From Octopus vulgaris (Eukaryota), in the NCBI GenBank assembly GCA_951406725.2, contig OX597817.1, positions 108,500,001-108,564,000 on the forward strand: DNA of 64,000 nt, given 5' to 3'. Shown in pieces: positions 1-12,853 of this stretch. How positions within the stretch are numbered: the stretch's first letter is position 1; every line of letters starts with the position of its first letter. Below the pieces are notes generated by a model. The model saw only the letters and a list, made by a program, of their open reading frames with translations, was not told the DNA's origin and did not search any database. A program made the position numbers and the translations under genes.

Positions 1-672
<672 letters not shown>

Positions 673-1345
673 GTCTTCCTGTATGTTTGTTACAAATTCT
701 AACTGTATGTTAAATAAAAATGTAAACATTCTATCTACATCACTGATGCGCAAGAAACGGAGAGGGAGTCTCTTGACGAGCTGTTTCATGTTATTTTGCT
801 GACTACTGCTCAGAGAATACGCATCTAGCTTCTGTCCTCAATCAGCAGATCGGCTGCTTGTTAAGCAGTTAGGAATTAGGCTTGTATCATGGTTGATAGC
901 CTAATAGTGAAACGGTGCAGTAACAAATTCCCTACCTCTTTTTCCGCATAAGTAGCATAAAAAGAATATGTTTGCATTCTAATTTAACCCTCTGTGAGGC
1001 TTTGTTACATTTAAATTTAGGTTCTGATTTACACTATACAGATATTTTTCAATTAATGACAAACTGTCAAGTGCTCAATTATGCAAACTATGCATTCACC
1101 AAGATGCTAGCCTAATTCATAATTCATGACTGCTTTATAAGGAGCTGATCTATGGTACTGATTGGGAAAGAAAACCAGGTATATTCTCGAAGGAAATGTA
1201 AGCAATGAAATAATCCGTTAGGAGACTACTGCTCTATTTTCTTCCGCACAACACTTGTGTAGAAAGATTGCGTTTACATTCTTTTTTACCACACAGGGAG
1301 GCTTCATGATATTTAGATTTAAGTTCTTTTGATTTACCCTGTTAT

Positions 1346-1392
<47 letters not shown>

Positions 1393-1957
1393 TATCTCGA
1401 AAATGAAAAGAAGTAGAATTAATAAAAAGGTACAGCTTTTCTTTGACTTTCGTTATACCAATGCATAAATAACTGAAATGATATACAGTGAGAATAAATT
1501 AGTTTCAATCGCACATAATATCCTCAGGTGTCAAATTATTACATTTCAATCTCTACTTCGTTTATGAAGACGAGAAATTTTGTCCGGATAATCTTAGGAA
1601 GAGAATTCTTTACAGCTACTCGCTTATAGTTCTTAATATTTCTTTTGTCACTTGATCTAGATAGTACAAATTTGGTTACTTCACAAATTTGATCTTTAGG
1701 ATATTCTGTAACACATTAACGTAATTATTAAAAGGTCAATTACTGGTATTATTATAACTGATTTAAATATGATAAATATATTAATAGTTTCAATTTGATA
1801 GATTGCACGCCACATTTTCTATTGGAAGGACTTTAGTTGAAATCGCGATGAAAGCAAGATGTACAAAGTGTACAATTTCCGCGATAGCACTTAATTCCAA
1901 AGTGCATACAGACTGATTCAACTTTGTGTTAAGGTTTTAATTTTAGTCTGATTCGTA

Positions 1958-2143
1958 GGTGCTAAGCTGCAGAATCGTTAGCACGCTGAGCAAAATGCTT
2001 ACAGGTATTTCTTCCGTCTTTACATACTAAGTTCAAATTCCACCGAGGTCGATAAAAAAAGTAACAGATAAAAACTGGGGTGGATTTAATCGACTAAGCC
2101 CCTCCCGCGAACTTGTTGGCCGTGTACCAAAATTTGAAACCAA
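1958..2143 (+). mobile_element. tRNA-derived SINE, family A
   Basis: Matches the repeat consensus seen across the window: gagctggcagaaacgttagcacg...gttcaaattccgccgaggtcga...aaatttgaaac. Confidence 0.8.
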
Positions 2144-2203
2144 TTTTAGTCTGATATTTCAGTAGTAAACGTTTTTAAACTACTCCATTTCTGCGTCAAC
2201 TGA

Positions 2204-2800
2204 TGAGCTGGCAGAAACGTTTGAGTATCGGAAATATATCTAGAGGTACTTTATACTTTAAGTTCAAATCCCACTAAAGTCAATTATACTATTCACCCTT
2301 CCAAGATTAAGTACCAGCCAAGTACTGGGGACTGAAACTTTCCATCCAAATTCTAGGCCTTGCACCTTCACTTGAAATTATTTAAAAGCGGCGAGCGGGC
2401 AGCATCGTTAGCAAGTCCAGTGACATGCTTAGTGGAATTTCTTCTGACTCTTTACGTTCAAAGTTTAATTTGCGCCAAGATCATCTTTGCATTCTATCAT
2501 TTCGAGGCCGATAAAATAAAGTAATACTAGGGTCGGTTAAAAAGTTCATAGGCTGACTAAGATACTCACATGGACTGTGAGCAAATGTAGTTTATTTTTG
2601 AACATAACCTCCCTACCCTACAATCTACACTCGTCTTCTATCGGTGTTGCACGGCAGCATTTCACAACTCTTGCATCATTCCTTCATAGTCAACCTATGA
2701 AAGTTTCAGCCCACCATTGTAGTTGAGTACTAGGTGGATGTAATCGACGTGTACCCTCCCTTAAAATTGCTGGCATAGTGTTAAAATTTAAAACCATTCG
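2204..2800 (+). mobile_element. Two decayed family A SINEs, the second interrupted by a MITE
   Basis: Heads at about 2204 and 2388. The second body breaks at aaataaagta (about 2523) and resumes at about 2722 (gttgagtactagg). Confidence 0.7.
2525..2721. mobile_element. Tc1/mariner-derived MITE (about 200 bp)
   Basis: Imperfect TIRs: ggtcggttaaaaagttcataggctgac versus gtcaacctatgaaagtttcagcccacc; TA at both ends. Confidence 0.65.
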
Positions 2801-2999
2801 AGGTATACCTCTTTGTCCTAGGGTTGGAAATAAGTTTTATCGTTAGGTATATTTCATATTTTGTAGCACTTATCATATACAGCATAAACCTCGAGTTTGA
2901 CCAAATACAATAGATGGCTCATTGTCATATAACATTTATACCTAAGTTGAATCTGGCTTAACATGTTGGTCGAAGAGATTAGCGCTAGACAGGAAAAGA

Positions 3000-3700
3000 A
3001 CTGATACTGGGAGATCCAAGGAATAATCGTCTTCTGTTGTCTACATCTGCAGAATTGTTTTTCGTTTACTCATGATGCATGTAATGTATCTGATTTATAA
3101 GTGGTGCAATTTTACTCATGACAAATATTTCCAGAATGCCAGTACATGGAAACCGTTAAATGCCTTCTGACAGTCCACATCTAGCTCTGACTCTTTTCCG
3201 CCTCCTGCATGTTCCATTTATAGCCCTGTCGACTAGGAAGTGATCTTCACAGTTATATGATCTTTTCAGCATCCTTTCACTCTTCTGAAAATAAATTTCT
3301 TTTCCCTGATGCTTCTATATTATTAAAGTAAAGGCTTTGTAAGCTAAAGGAAGGCTTGTTATGAGGCTGTAGTGTTTAAGGTTTTCTGCTTTTTTTTAGT
3401 TCTGGAGGTTAAGATGATTTTTCACCTCTTACTGAACCAGTCAGGTGTTTTCGTCTTTGTCAGTATCATATTAGACATCTCTGCTCGTGCTGCATGTCAC
3501 CCTAGAAGTTTTGAATCTTGCTATTTATTAGTACCTGCTAATTCTGTAGCTCTTTGAATGCTTCTAAAGAACATAGATTTCCGTAAGCTGGTTTAAATTC
3601 TGCATTCGTTGTTTTGAGCAGCCCCGTCCGTTGGGATACTTTCGCTATTCATACTTATTCCCAACACCTAGAATTTTTCTACTTGCCTTCCTGTATGTTC
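3000..3700 (-). pseudogene. Decayed non-LTR retrotransposon RT fragment, R4-like
   Basis: Minus-strand translation near 3150-3250 gives CEDHFLVDRAIMEHAGGGKESELDVDCQKAFN, resembling the RT segment CKDQLLIDKAI...DYQKAFD. TPDWFSKR occurs near 3430. Confidence 0.5.
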
Positions 3701-4547
3701 CACATTGATTTCTGTTTTGTTTTATACCTAGTTTTTTTTTTATCAAAATATTTTGATTTGGAGTTGAAATGTTTACCATGTTCAAAGAATCGTTATCACC
3801 TTTCATACCGAGAAATATTTTGCAATTTAGCAAGAACCTGAGAAGATGTCTCCTCTTCTTTTAGTTATTGATTTTATTAATGAGAGATCTTTTATTATTA
3901 AGAGTTCTTTTATTTTTATTTATTTTCTAACATTTTCATGGCTTTTGATATTCCTTTATGGATAGATTCTCCATTGTAACTATTATTTTGGTGATAATAA
4001 TGTTTGCACATTATGAGTGCGATTGTTAGATTTACATTTTCTTTTATTGCTTCTTTTTTATCGTTGAGTCACTTTCATTGTAAGTTTTTCTAATGATTTT
4101 AAATATAAAATTTTTTCCAAGTAATTGTCATATAAAAGATTTCTCTCCCTAGAATTTTTTTTACTTTTCTTGAATTTTCCTCACATTTTTTAAAATATTT
4201 TTTACGTTGTTTTTGTTCTTTGTTTGGTCAGTGTTCTGTATATACCATGGAGTTTGAATTTTGATTTTCGTCACACCCTTGTCCTTCCTCTTTTAAACAT
4301 TACTCGTTTTAATCTTGGGCTCAATGAAACAATTTTTACATTATTTATCATTTCTTGTGTAGGAATGATTGCATCGACATAACGCTTCGTTCATTTGTAT
4401 ACAAGCAGACTGAATTGATCTAGCTTTTCGTAAGTTTGTTTTCAAGTGGTATCCGAAAGGCAGCCAGTAGGAACATTTGTAGCACATTAATCGTAAGAGG
4501 TAGCAACATTAAATCTTAAGATTAGTCTTTGTATTCCATAATTTTCC

Positions 4548-4860
4548 TTGCACGGGCAAAATATTTAGCAGCATTTCGTCCGTCTTTATGTTCTGAGTTT
4601 AAATTCCACCGAGGTCAACTTTGCCTTTCATCTCTCGGGGTTGATTACTGGGATCAATGTAATAGACTCACCCACTCCCTCGAATTTGCTGACCTTATAC
4701 CAAAATTTGAAAGCAATATTAAGCGTCTCTGATGTTCTAATTCTTATCAGGCTTCACTTTGCTTTTAATTCTTGTGGGATTGGTAAAATAAAGCATCATT
4801 TATGTACTGGGGTTCATTTAATCGACTAACGTCCCTCAAATTTGACCTTGTGTTTATGTC
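4548..4860 (+). mobile_element. Family A SINE plus a second partial copy
   Basis: ttctgagtttaaattccaccgaggtcaactttgcctttcatc and the family A tail. Confidence 0.7.
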
Positions 4861-4949
4861 AATTACTATTTTGCTTTAATATGATACTTAAATTGAAACC
4901 TGTTAAATTTTTCTTCCTCTCGTACTACAATCTATGGTTTAGAATATGA

Positions 4950-5320
4950 AACATTCTTGTCTCTCACCGATTAGAGTTCTTTCAAGATGTTCATATATGT
5001 ACTTGTTTCGTATTGGAGACTTTCTGGAAAATTATTGCTAGATCTCCTGTACAACATTCCAAGATCAAAATCTACATTTCCAAGATTTATCTTTATATTC
5101 TTCGCCATATATGTCAAAGCCCCGACAATAATTGGGAAGATTAAGATCCTTAACTTCTTTATCCCAGTATTTGAGAAGCTCTTTCTTCAAATCAGTTCCT
5201 ATTTTCTTTTCCATTACTCTGGTATCAGCTGGGCAAACCACGTCAGTTAAAAGATACGCTTTCTCAAACCGTAGTATCCGATTTATTGTACTCTATACTC
5301 CCTTTGGTTTGTATAGGAAA
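4950..5320 (-). pseudogene. Decayed R4-like LINE, restriction-like endonuclease (RLE) C-terminus
   Basis: Minus strand reads AYLLTDVVCPADTRVMEKKIGTDLKKELLKYW and, after a frameshift, FPIIVGAL. Confidence 0.6.
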
Positions 5321-5324
5321 GTGC

Positions 5325-6125
5325 CACCGAGGCCGACTTTGATTTTGGTTCTTTTGGGGTCGATCAAATAAGTACCATTTGAGCACTGAAATCGATGTAA
5401 TCAACTTATCCCTTCCCTAAAATTACTAACCTTGTGCCAAAATTTAAAACTATTATTAAGGCAGCGTGCTGGCTGAATCTTTAACTCACCGGGTAAAATG
5501 CTTAGGAGCAGTTCGTCCGTCTTTACGTTCTGAGTTGAAATTCTGCTGAGCTTAAATGTGTCTTTCGTCCTTTTGATATTGACAAAATAAAATACGTACT
5601 AGCTGAGCATTGGCTTCAATATAATCAACTAGTCCGCACTCCTGAAATTGCTGGCCTTTTGCCAAAATTTGAAATCACTATTAAGGCGGCTAGCTGACGG
5701 AAACGTTAGCACGCTGGACAAAATACTTAGTCACATTTCATCTGTCTTTTTGTTCTGAGTTTAAATTTCGCTGTGGTGGTTTTTTTCTTTTCATCTTTTC
5801 GTGGTAGATAAAATAAGTACCTGATCATCACTGGATTCGACGTAAACGGCTGGCCACCTCCCCCAAAATTTCAGGCCTTGTCTCTGTAGTAGAAAGGACT
5901 ATTAACGGCGGCGAATTGACAGAAACGTTAGCACGCCGGACAAAATGTTTAGCAACATTTCGTCCGTCTTTACGTTCTGAGATAAAATTCCGCCGAGGTC
6001 GATTTTACCTTTCATTTCTTCGGTGCCGATAAATTAAGTACCAGTCATGCATTGGTATTGATATAATCTACTAAACTGCTCTACAAAAATTTTAGGCCTT
6101 GTGCTTATAATAGAAATAATTATTA
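5325..6125 (+). mobile_element. Head-to-tail array of four family A SINEs
   Basis: Partial copy from about 5325, then heads at about 5459, 5685 and 5907, each directly after the previous tail (ctatta...ggc). Confidence 0.8.
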
Positions 6126-6570
6126 TTAGCAACAGCAATAAAAGCAGGAGCAGAAACAGTCACGGGAGTAGTTTTGTTTAGTGGATTAGCGAAATAAGGA
6201 ATGCTTTGGATCATAAATAATAAGTTATTTATCTACGGCCTTTTACATTAGTCTAAATAGATATCTCATCATAGTCGACACCAAGCATTTTACCCCACTA
6301 GGATCTAATCAAGTACTAACAATATTCCTCTCTGCATTCTTTCATCGATGTTAGAAACCATTATAATGTGGTGGGTAGCAAGAGTAGCAGTAGAAATGAA
6401 ATACATCAATCGAACAAGTTTTAATTGATCAACTCTATTTTGAGTAGGTTTTGAACTCAGAACTGTTATCTGACGTTAACAAACTACCGCTGCCTTGACA
6501 AACGATTTACAACAATGTTTGTGTCTTTTAGTAGTGTTTTAGGTATTGCGTTAGTGGGTCGAAAACATAC

Positions 6571-6662
6571 CTAATCCTTAAAAACTATTCGAGAGATTTG
6601 TAGAAAGCCACAATAAAGGAAATAATTATAACGTTACTGCATTAAAGCTTTTAGTTGACGGG
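6571..6662 (-). other. Candidate non-coding (UTR or lncRNA) exon
   Basis: Minus-strand acceptor ttgatttttccctctgtctccag| and donor TAG|GTATGT enclose 92 nt with stops in all three frames. Confidence 0.3.
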
Positions 6663-8824
6663 CTGGAGACAGAGGGAAAAATCAACGAATGAAATGAAAA
6701 ACAACCCTTTTTGAACACAATATTATACAGATCAGTCAGATATAGATGGAAAGACAGACACAAAGAGAGGGAGAGGGAAAGAGAGAGGGAGAAATGTATA
6801 GAGAGAATGAGAGAGGCGGGGAGAGCAAAAAGAAAGTGAATGAGTATTGAGCGAAATGAAGGCGATGTAAGTGGTAGATTTACCCAGATATGAAAACTAA
6901 ACATTTTGTTTAGCAATATTCTCGATGCAAGAGAAACATTTTTCTTGCTAGATCAAACAATATATTCAATAGGAAATGACAAATAAAAATACAAATAAAA
7001 TGTAATAAAATAAAAACAAATGAAAATTTCATGAACGATATAGTTTCTGCGATCACTTTTAATGCTATTTACGTCAGATAATGCTACATCTGATCTGAAG
7101 GTGGACTCAGAAAATTGAAATAAGCAGAAATTACAAAGTAGAACTTCTATGAGCGAGTAAAAACATGTACACCAAACAGAAGAAAAAGTGTGGACAAGAG
7201 AAACCCAGTATTTGTTTGATGGATTGATTTGTCAATTGACCTTTTTAGTATGTAGGGAGTTCATGTGCAGTGGTGATTCGAACGCCCACCCACCTCAGCT
7301 TGCACCACATTTGACGTTGCTTAATTTTACTGCGCTGACATGGAATGCTGCTGTTGTTGTCGTCGTTCGTGGTGGTCGTGGTGGTGACAGTTCCTATGAT
7401 AGGAAAAGTAACGAAATTGTAACGTTCATGTAAAATATTATAGTTGCCTAACAATGGTAGTCGCTAGGGACTTTTGATATGAATACCTTTGGGTGGTGTA
7501 TTTTCCTTTAAAACGGAAGTGATTCTATAGAAACTTATATTGAATAACATTATTGATTTCTTACCTTAAGCAGAAGGCTACAAATTTCGACGCAACGGTA
7601 ATGAAAGTGTGGGATAATCATTCCAAGGGATTTTAACGGCATAAATGAAATGAAAGACTCCAATCGGGAATCGAAAACCGAATATTCATTAGCAATTTCT
7701 CAATAAACAATATCCAGCCAACAAGGGATTCTCTACATGGTGGCTCGAATTGTTAGAAAAAGCCACAAAATCGCCCACAAACCAAACTCTGGGTTGCAGT
7801 TTGGTAGAACTAATACAGTGTCGGACAAAATTCATAATTTAGTTTCAACTCTGCAGCGTGGATTCGAATTCTGTTGATGTCATTTTAGGTGTCATTCTTC
7901 TGAGAGAAATGAAACAGTACCAACCAAACGCTATGGTTAATTTAAAATTTCTCTTTAGTACCTAGAATGGAATTATAGTAATTACAAAGGAATGGATACA
8001 TTATAACTAAAGAAAATTAAACCACCGTCTTAAAAAAAGACATGATACAGTGTAGTCATTGATTTACAAAAAGAAGGGACAGTCACGCCTACACATCATA
8101 TTGATTTTCTTTTGATTTGGATGGAAATGAAAAGCAGTATAATTTAAACCATCATACATTTACCAATGCTATTAGTAACATAAACGAAATGCGATGACTA
8201 TAAGAAGAGATGCCGGCTCACCAAGAGCTTATCCGTGCGCCAACATCCGCCGGCAACAGTACAAGATATCGAATATTTTGAACTGAAAGCTGTGATCACT
8301 TAGCTTCCGTCTGATTCAGAATATGGGTCAGTGTTTAAAACAGCCGGTGTTTTTAGCATGTGACTTCTATGTTTGTACAAAACATTTCATTCAAGCAGAG
8401 AATAAAAAGATAATGTCAAAATAAATTCATTATGAAAGTATCTGATAGACACCTAACAGATTTATTGAAGCGATAAAATAGAAATGGGTTGTTGATAAAT
8501 TTCGGCTGAAGTACATTTTTGCTCAATAAAAACATTTATCCTAGTTTCGTCTATTTCTAAGATAACAATCTCGGATTAGTATATTCATGACATATTCACA
8601 GAGAATGCATGAATGGTAAAGTGTGCACACATATGTAGGGACTCTCGCATTCGCATAGATAATCAGTGTGGGTATTTGCTAAGTAACAACTTAAATTGGA
8701 TCCACTTATATATTCTATGAAACAAACTTATTGATTAAAAACATTTCTATTGATTATAAATATCTCGTGTTTATCTTCAGAAATGGTGAGTCCTTGTCTA
8801 TGTTATTTAATATGTCTATCCCAA

Positions 8825-8912
8825 GGCGGCGAGCTAGCAGAAACGTTAGAACGCCGGACGAAATGCTTAGCGGTATTTCGTCTGTCTTTACCTTCTGAGT
8901 ACAAATTCCGCC
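8825..8912 (+). mobile_element. Family A SINE head (truncated)
   Basis: ggcggcgagctagcagaaacgttagaacgccggacgaaatgcttagcggtatttcg. Confidence 0.8.
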
Positions 8913-8914
8913 CT

Positions 8915-9655
8915 GAATGAGTACCTTTGCTACAACTCGTACAAAAGGCGTAAGGGACAAATTCTGATACAGCTAAGGACAAGGAGAACCGCTTGACGAA
9001 AGAAAAGAAGGTCCTGAACAAACTGAGGCGTCTTGTTGACGCGGAGATGTTCTGGTTCTTCTCAGATGAAAAGCTCTTCTGCCGGACCAGTTGCACAACA
9101 CTTAGAAAAACAGGCAGCTTTCCTACCACTCTTGTGATGTGCCAGGTATTATGAAAACCAAGTTCCCACAAAGTGAGATGCTCTTTGGGTGTGTCTCCAG
9201 TCAGGTTGGTGTCATACCACCCAAATCTCTGAAAAAAGCTTTTAGGCACAATCCATATGTTAATACATATTTGTGATAACAATACCGGCTTCTTGCCATA
9301 GCTCCGGAAAGAGCCAGAAGTGGTTGTCGGAGAATTTCTACTGCCCCTATTTCTGGTCTCCTAATTCCCCAAATTGTGATCTCATGGACAACACCAAGGC
9401 CGAGCTGGAGGCCAAAAATCAAGGAGGTGATCGAAGATTTTCGCAGGGACACAGTGAGGAACGCATGTGCCAGGCTCCAGAGCCGTCTCGAGGCCGTGGT
9501 GGAAGCTGGAAGGTGAGGGCGGCTACGTTAACAGTAAATAAACAATTGTGATTTGGTACCTGAAAAGTTACGTACAAATAGTTGCCGGAAATTTAAGCAT
9601 TCTCACATGATTATGACCATATTTAAAGAGGTACTGGTTTGTAAGTTGTCGGAAA
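8915..9655 (+). mobile_element. Decayed Tc1/mariner (maT-like) transposase remnant
   Basis: FFSDEKLFC at about 9055, FGCVSS at about 9185, WSPNSPNC at about 9355; internally deleted and frameshifted. Confidence 0.7.
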
Positions 9656-9734
<79 letters not shown>

Positions 9735-10110
9735 CTATCTATATCCATTTCTCTCTGTCTATTTATATCTCTCTCTCTATCTATCTTTCTCTATTTCTAT
9801 CTCTCTATCTATCTACAAACACATACATACACACACACACATACATCGGAAGATTATTTCTTTTCGTTTTGATAGTTTGTCCACAGACGAAAGCGCAACG
9901 CCCGTGACCATTTTCAGCGTCTCTGAGATTGACGGGGCAAAGAGAACTAGACCTGATCTGAAAACTCTTGCAACAGAATAAACTTTGCTAAAGACACCCA
10001 GACAAATGCCCAAAGTGTAAATACACATTCTCTTTATTTACTATCGTATACTTACTACAAACATTAACGCTCTCACGCAACATTCAATTATATCACTTTC
10101 ACACCTACGA

Positions 10111-10178
<68 letters not shown>

Positions 10179-10232
10179 CAACATGCAACAACTCCGCTAT
10201 TAGTGTAAACTCTCCCGCTCGCTCCTCCTTTT

Positions 10233-10277
<45 letters not shown>

Positions 10278-10798
10278 TTCTTTCACTGAATGCAACAATA
10301 GTAGAATTTTGACCGAATAGCAGTGTCTATTTCCTCATGCTCATTTGAACTAATAGTTAGTTACAAAATAATTACTATCCTTATTCATTCTGATAATGTA
10401 TCGATGCTGATTTAAGCTGAGCTTATGTCTTAGCTCTTAGGTTCGGAAAATTAATTCAATCTCATACCCCATATTTGTTACTGTATAAGGCTGATTTCAA
10501 ACGAAACGGGTTAAATTAATTTCCATTCGTGAGCTTTGCCAAACAGGGACACACAAACACATACGCACGTGTATACGTACGTACTTATGTATGCATGTAC
10601 GCATGTATGTATATGCAAGTATGTATGAGTGAGTGTGCTTGCGTGTATGTGCATGGGGGCGGGTATACTCCTCTTTCTACGATCATAATCTAGACAACAT
10701 CTCAATTGCCGATTAAGTTTCTGCGTGAAATGAAAATACGCTAAGAATCTTATAACAAATGTAGACATACGCTAATTACATTCCTACGCGCACGCGGT

Positions 10799-10832
<34 letters not shown>

Positions 10833-10849
10833 CGCACACACAAACACAG

Positions 10850-11080
10850 AGGACGCATTGCCTAGTGGTTAGAGCGTTGCACTAAAGATCGTGAGATCGT
10901 GGTTTCAGTTCTTAGGCCGAGTGGTGCGTTGCGTTCTTGGGCAAAACACTTCATCTCCCGTCGCACTGCGATCCCTTCCGCATCTGATGCGTGGTACACC
11001 GTTGCACCTGCTCAGGTAAGGTCGATTTGATGGAGAGAGTGAGCCAAATGTACGGCACATACACTATAAACAAATCACAG
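10850..11080 (+). mobile_element. tRNA-derived SINE (CORE-like body)
   Basis: gcctagtggttagagcg (A-box-like), ggtttcagttct (B-box-like), then ttcttgggcaaaacacttcatctc. Confidence 0.6.
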
Positions 11081-11896
11081 GTCATTTGAGAAAATGCTGA
11101 ATATATATATATATATATATTGTACAAGATAAAGATGATATTTATTCGAACGCAGAATTGCCGTGCGAACAGCAGAAATACTAGGTAAAATTACCCTAAC
11201 AAAACCGTAGTCGTAGGGGATGTGAGTTCGAGCCCCAAGCCTGTTTGTTGAATAGTTTTTCCACAATGTAAGAGTAATTTCTTCAGCTTCTTTGCTGTTC
11301 AAACGGCAATTCTGCGTTCGAAAAGATATCGTCTTACTTGTGTCGTACAATGCACATTTCGACGCTTCAAAAAACAAATGTTAGTTTGTTTGTATTTACA
11401 AACACACACACGTTAGTAATAAATACATAGAGTATGTTGTCTATATACTCCAGACAATATTACTGTCCAGCGAAGCGAACTCGGAATTACCCATCTGAAA
11501 ATTTCACTGAATGACTGACGACTAATAGTAGTCACAGTCGATCGATGGGGTTAGCCGTAAACTGGAACCTAACAGATAGGGACCACGATATCCGCCCGGA
11601 TATATATATATATATATATATAATTAATTAATAAGGGTGAGAGAATTAGATACTAATTTAATAGTATATCTATTCAACACCAAGTGGCCTAGTGCTCCGA
11701 GAAACCTGGATTATTATAATATTTTATAATATATTATAATATTTTTACAAAATAAATATAAGAGAGTGGTCACTATATGGCTCACTCTAGCACTAGTTAA
11801 TCCAAAAGGTTTCAACCACAAAAATACATGTTTCCCATGAAAGTCAGTACGATTGTTAGCTCACACGGACAGGGCAAATAAAAAATAACAAAAATA

Positions 11897-11992
11897 CAGA
11901 TTATTTTGGGACAATTGTTTCGCTATTAATGAATTAAATGTAATTTTACTTACAAAAAAATCCACTTGTAGCTCGTCAGCCAAAACTATCTG
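11897..11992 (-). ncRNA. Minimal type I hammerhead ribozyme (left-arm copy)
   Basis: Reverse complement of the motif at 12616-12711. Confidence 0.85.
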
Positions 11993-12615
11993 GATGAAAT
12001 CCACTCAATCACACGCCAGATTTTACCATAACGATAAATACACGTGTGGTTCAATTGATTACATCCGACGTTATAATTCAAATGCCCCAACTAACAGCGC
12101 GCCAAACTTTCACGGAAAACAAATACTGCATTTAGAAATAAATGTAGCATAATTATAATTAATTAATAAGGATGAGAGAATTAGATACTAATTTAATAGT
12201 ATGTCCGTGTGAGCTAACAATCGTACTGACTTTCATGGGAAACATGTATTTTTGTGGTTGAAACCTTTTGGATTAACTAGTGCTAGAGTGAGCCATATAG
12301 TGACCACTCTCTTATATTTATTTTGTAAAAATATTATAATATATTATAAAATATTATAATAATCCAGGTTTCTCGGAGCACTAGGCCACTTGGTGTTGAA
12401 TAGATATACTATTAAATTAGTATCTAATTCTCTCACCCTTATTAATTAATTATAATTATGCTACATTTATTTCTAAATGCAGTATTTGTTTTCCGTGAAA
12501 GTTTGGCGCGCTGTTAGTTGGGGCATTTGAATTATAACGTCGGATGTAATCAATTGAACCACACGTGTATTTATCGTTATGGTAAAATCTGGCGTGTGAT
12601 TGAGTGGATTTCATC

Positions 12616-12711
12616 CAGATAGTTTTGGCTGACGAGCTACAAGTGGATTTTTTTGTAAGTAAAATTACATTTAATTCATTAATAGCGAAACAATTGTCCC
12701 AAAATAATCTG
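12616..12711 (+). ncRNA. Minimal type I hammerhead ribozyme (right-arm copy)
   Basis: Stem I ttttgg (12623-28) / ccaaaa (12699-704), extendable; core CTGACGA 12629-35; stem II gcta (12636-39) / tagc (12683-86); GAAA 12687-90; palindromic CAATTG 12691-96; GUC cleavage triplet ending at 12698. Confidence 0.88.
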
Positions 12712-12853
12712 TATTTTTGTTATTTTTTATTTGCCCTGTCCGTGTGAGCTAACAATCGTACTGACTTTCATGGGAAACATGTATTTTTGTGGTTGAAACC
12801 TTTTGGATTAACTAGTGCTAGAGTGAGCCATATAGTGACCACTCTCTTATATT

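Noticed and set aside
2196-2225. tcaa CTGATGA gctggca GAAA cgt ttga, hammerhead-like
   Set aside because: Stem II cannot pair and there is no proper cleavage site; it is a mutated family A SINE head (ggcgagctggcagaaacgtt).
5325-6125. Regularly spaced repeats suggesting a CRISPR-like array
   Set aside because: Units are about 220-bp diverged SINE copies without short identical repeats or unique spacers; eukaryotic context and no cas genes.
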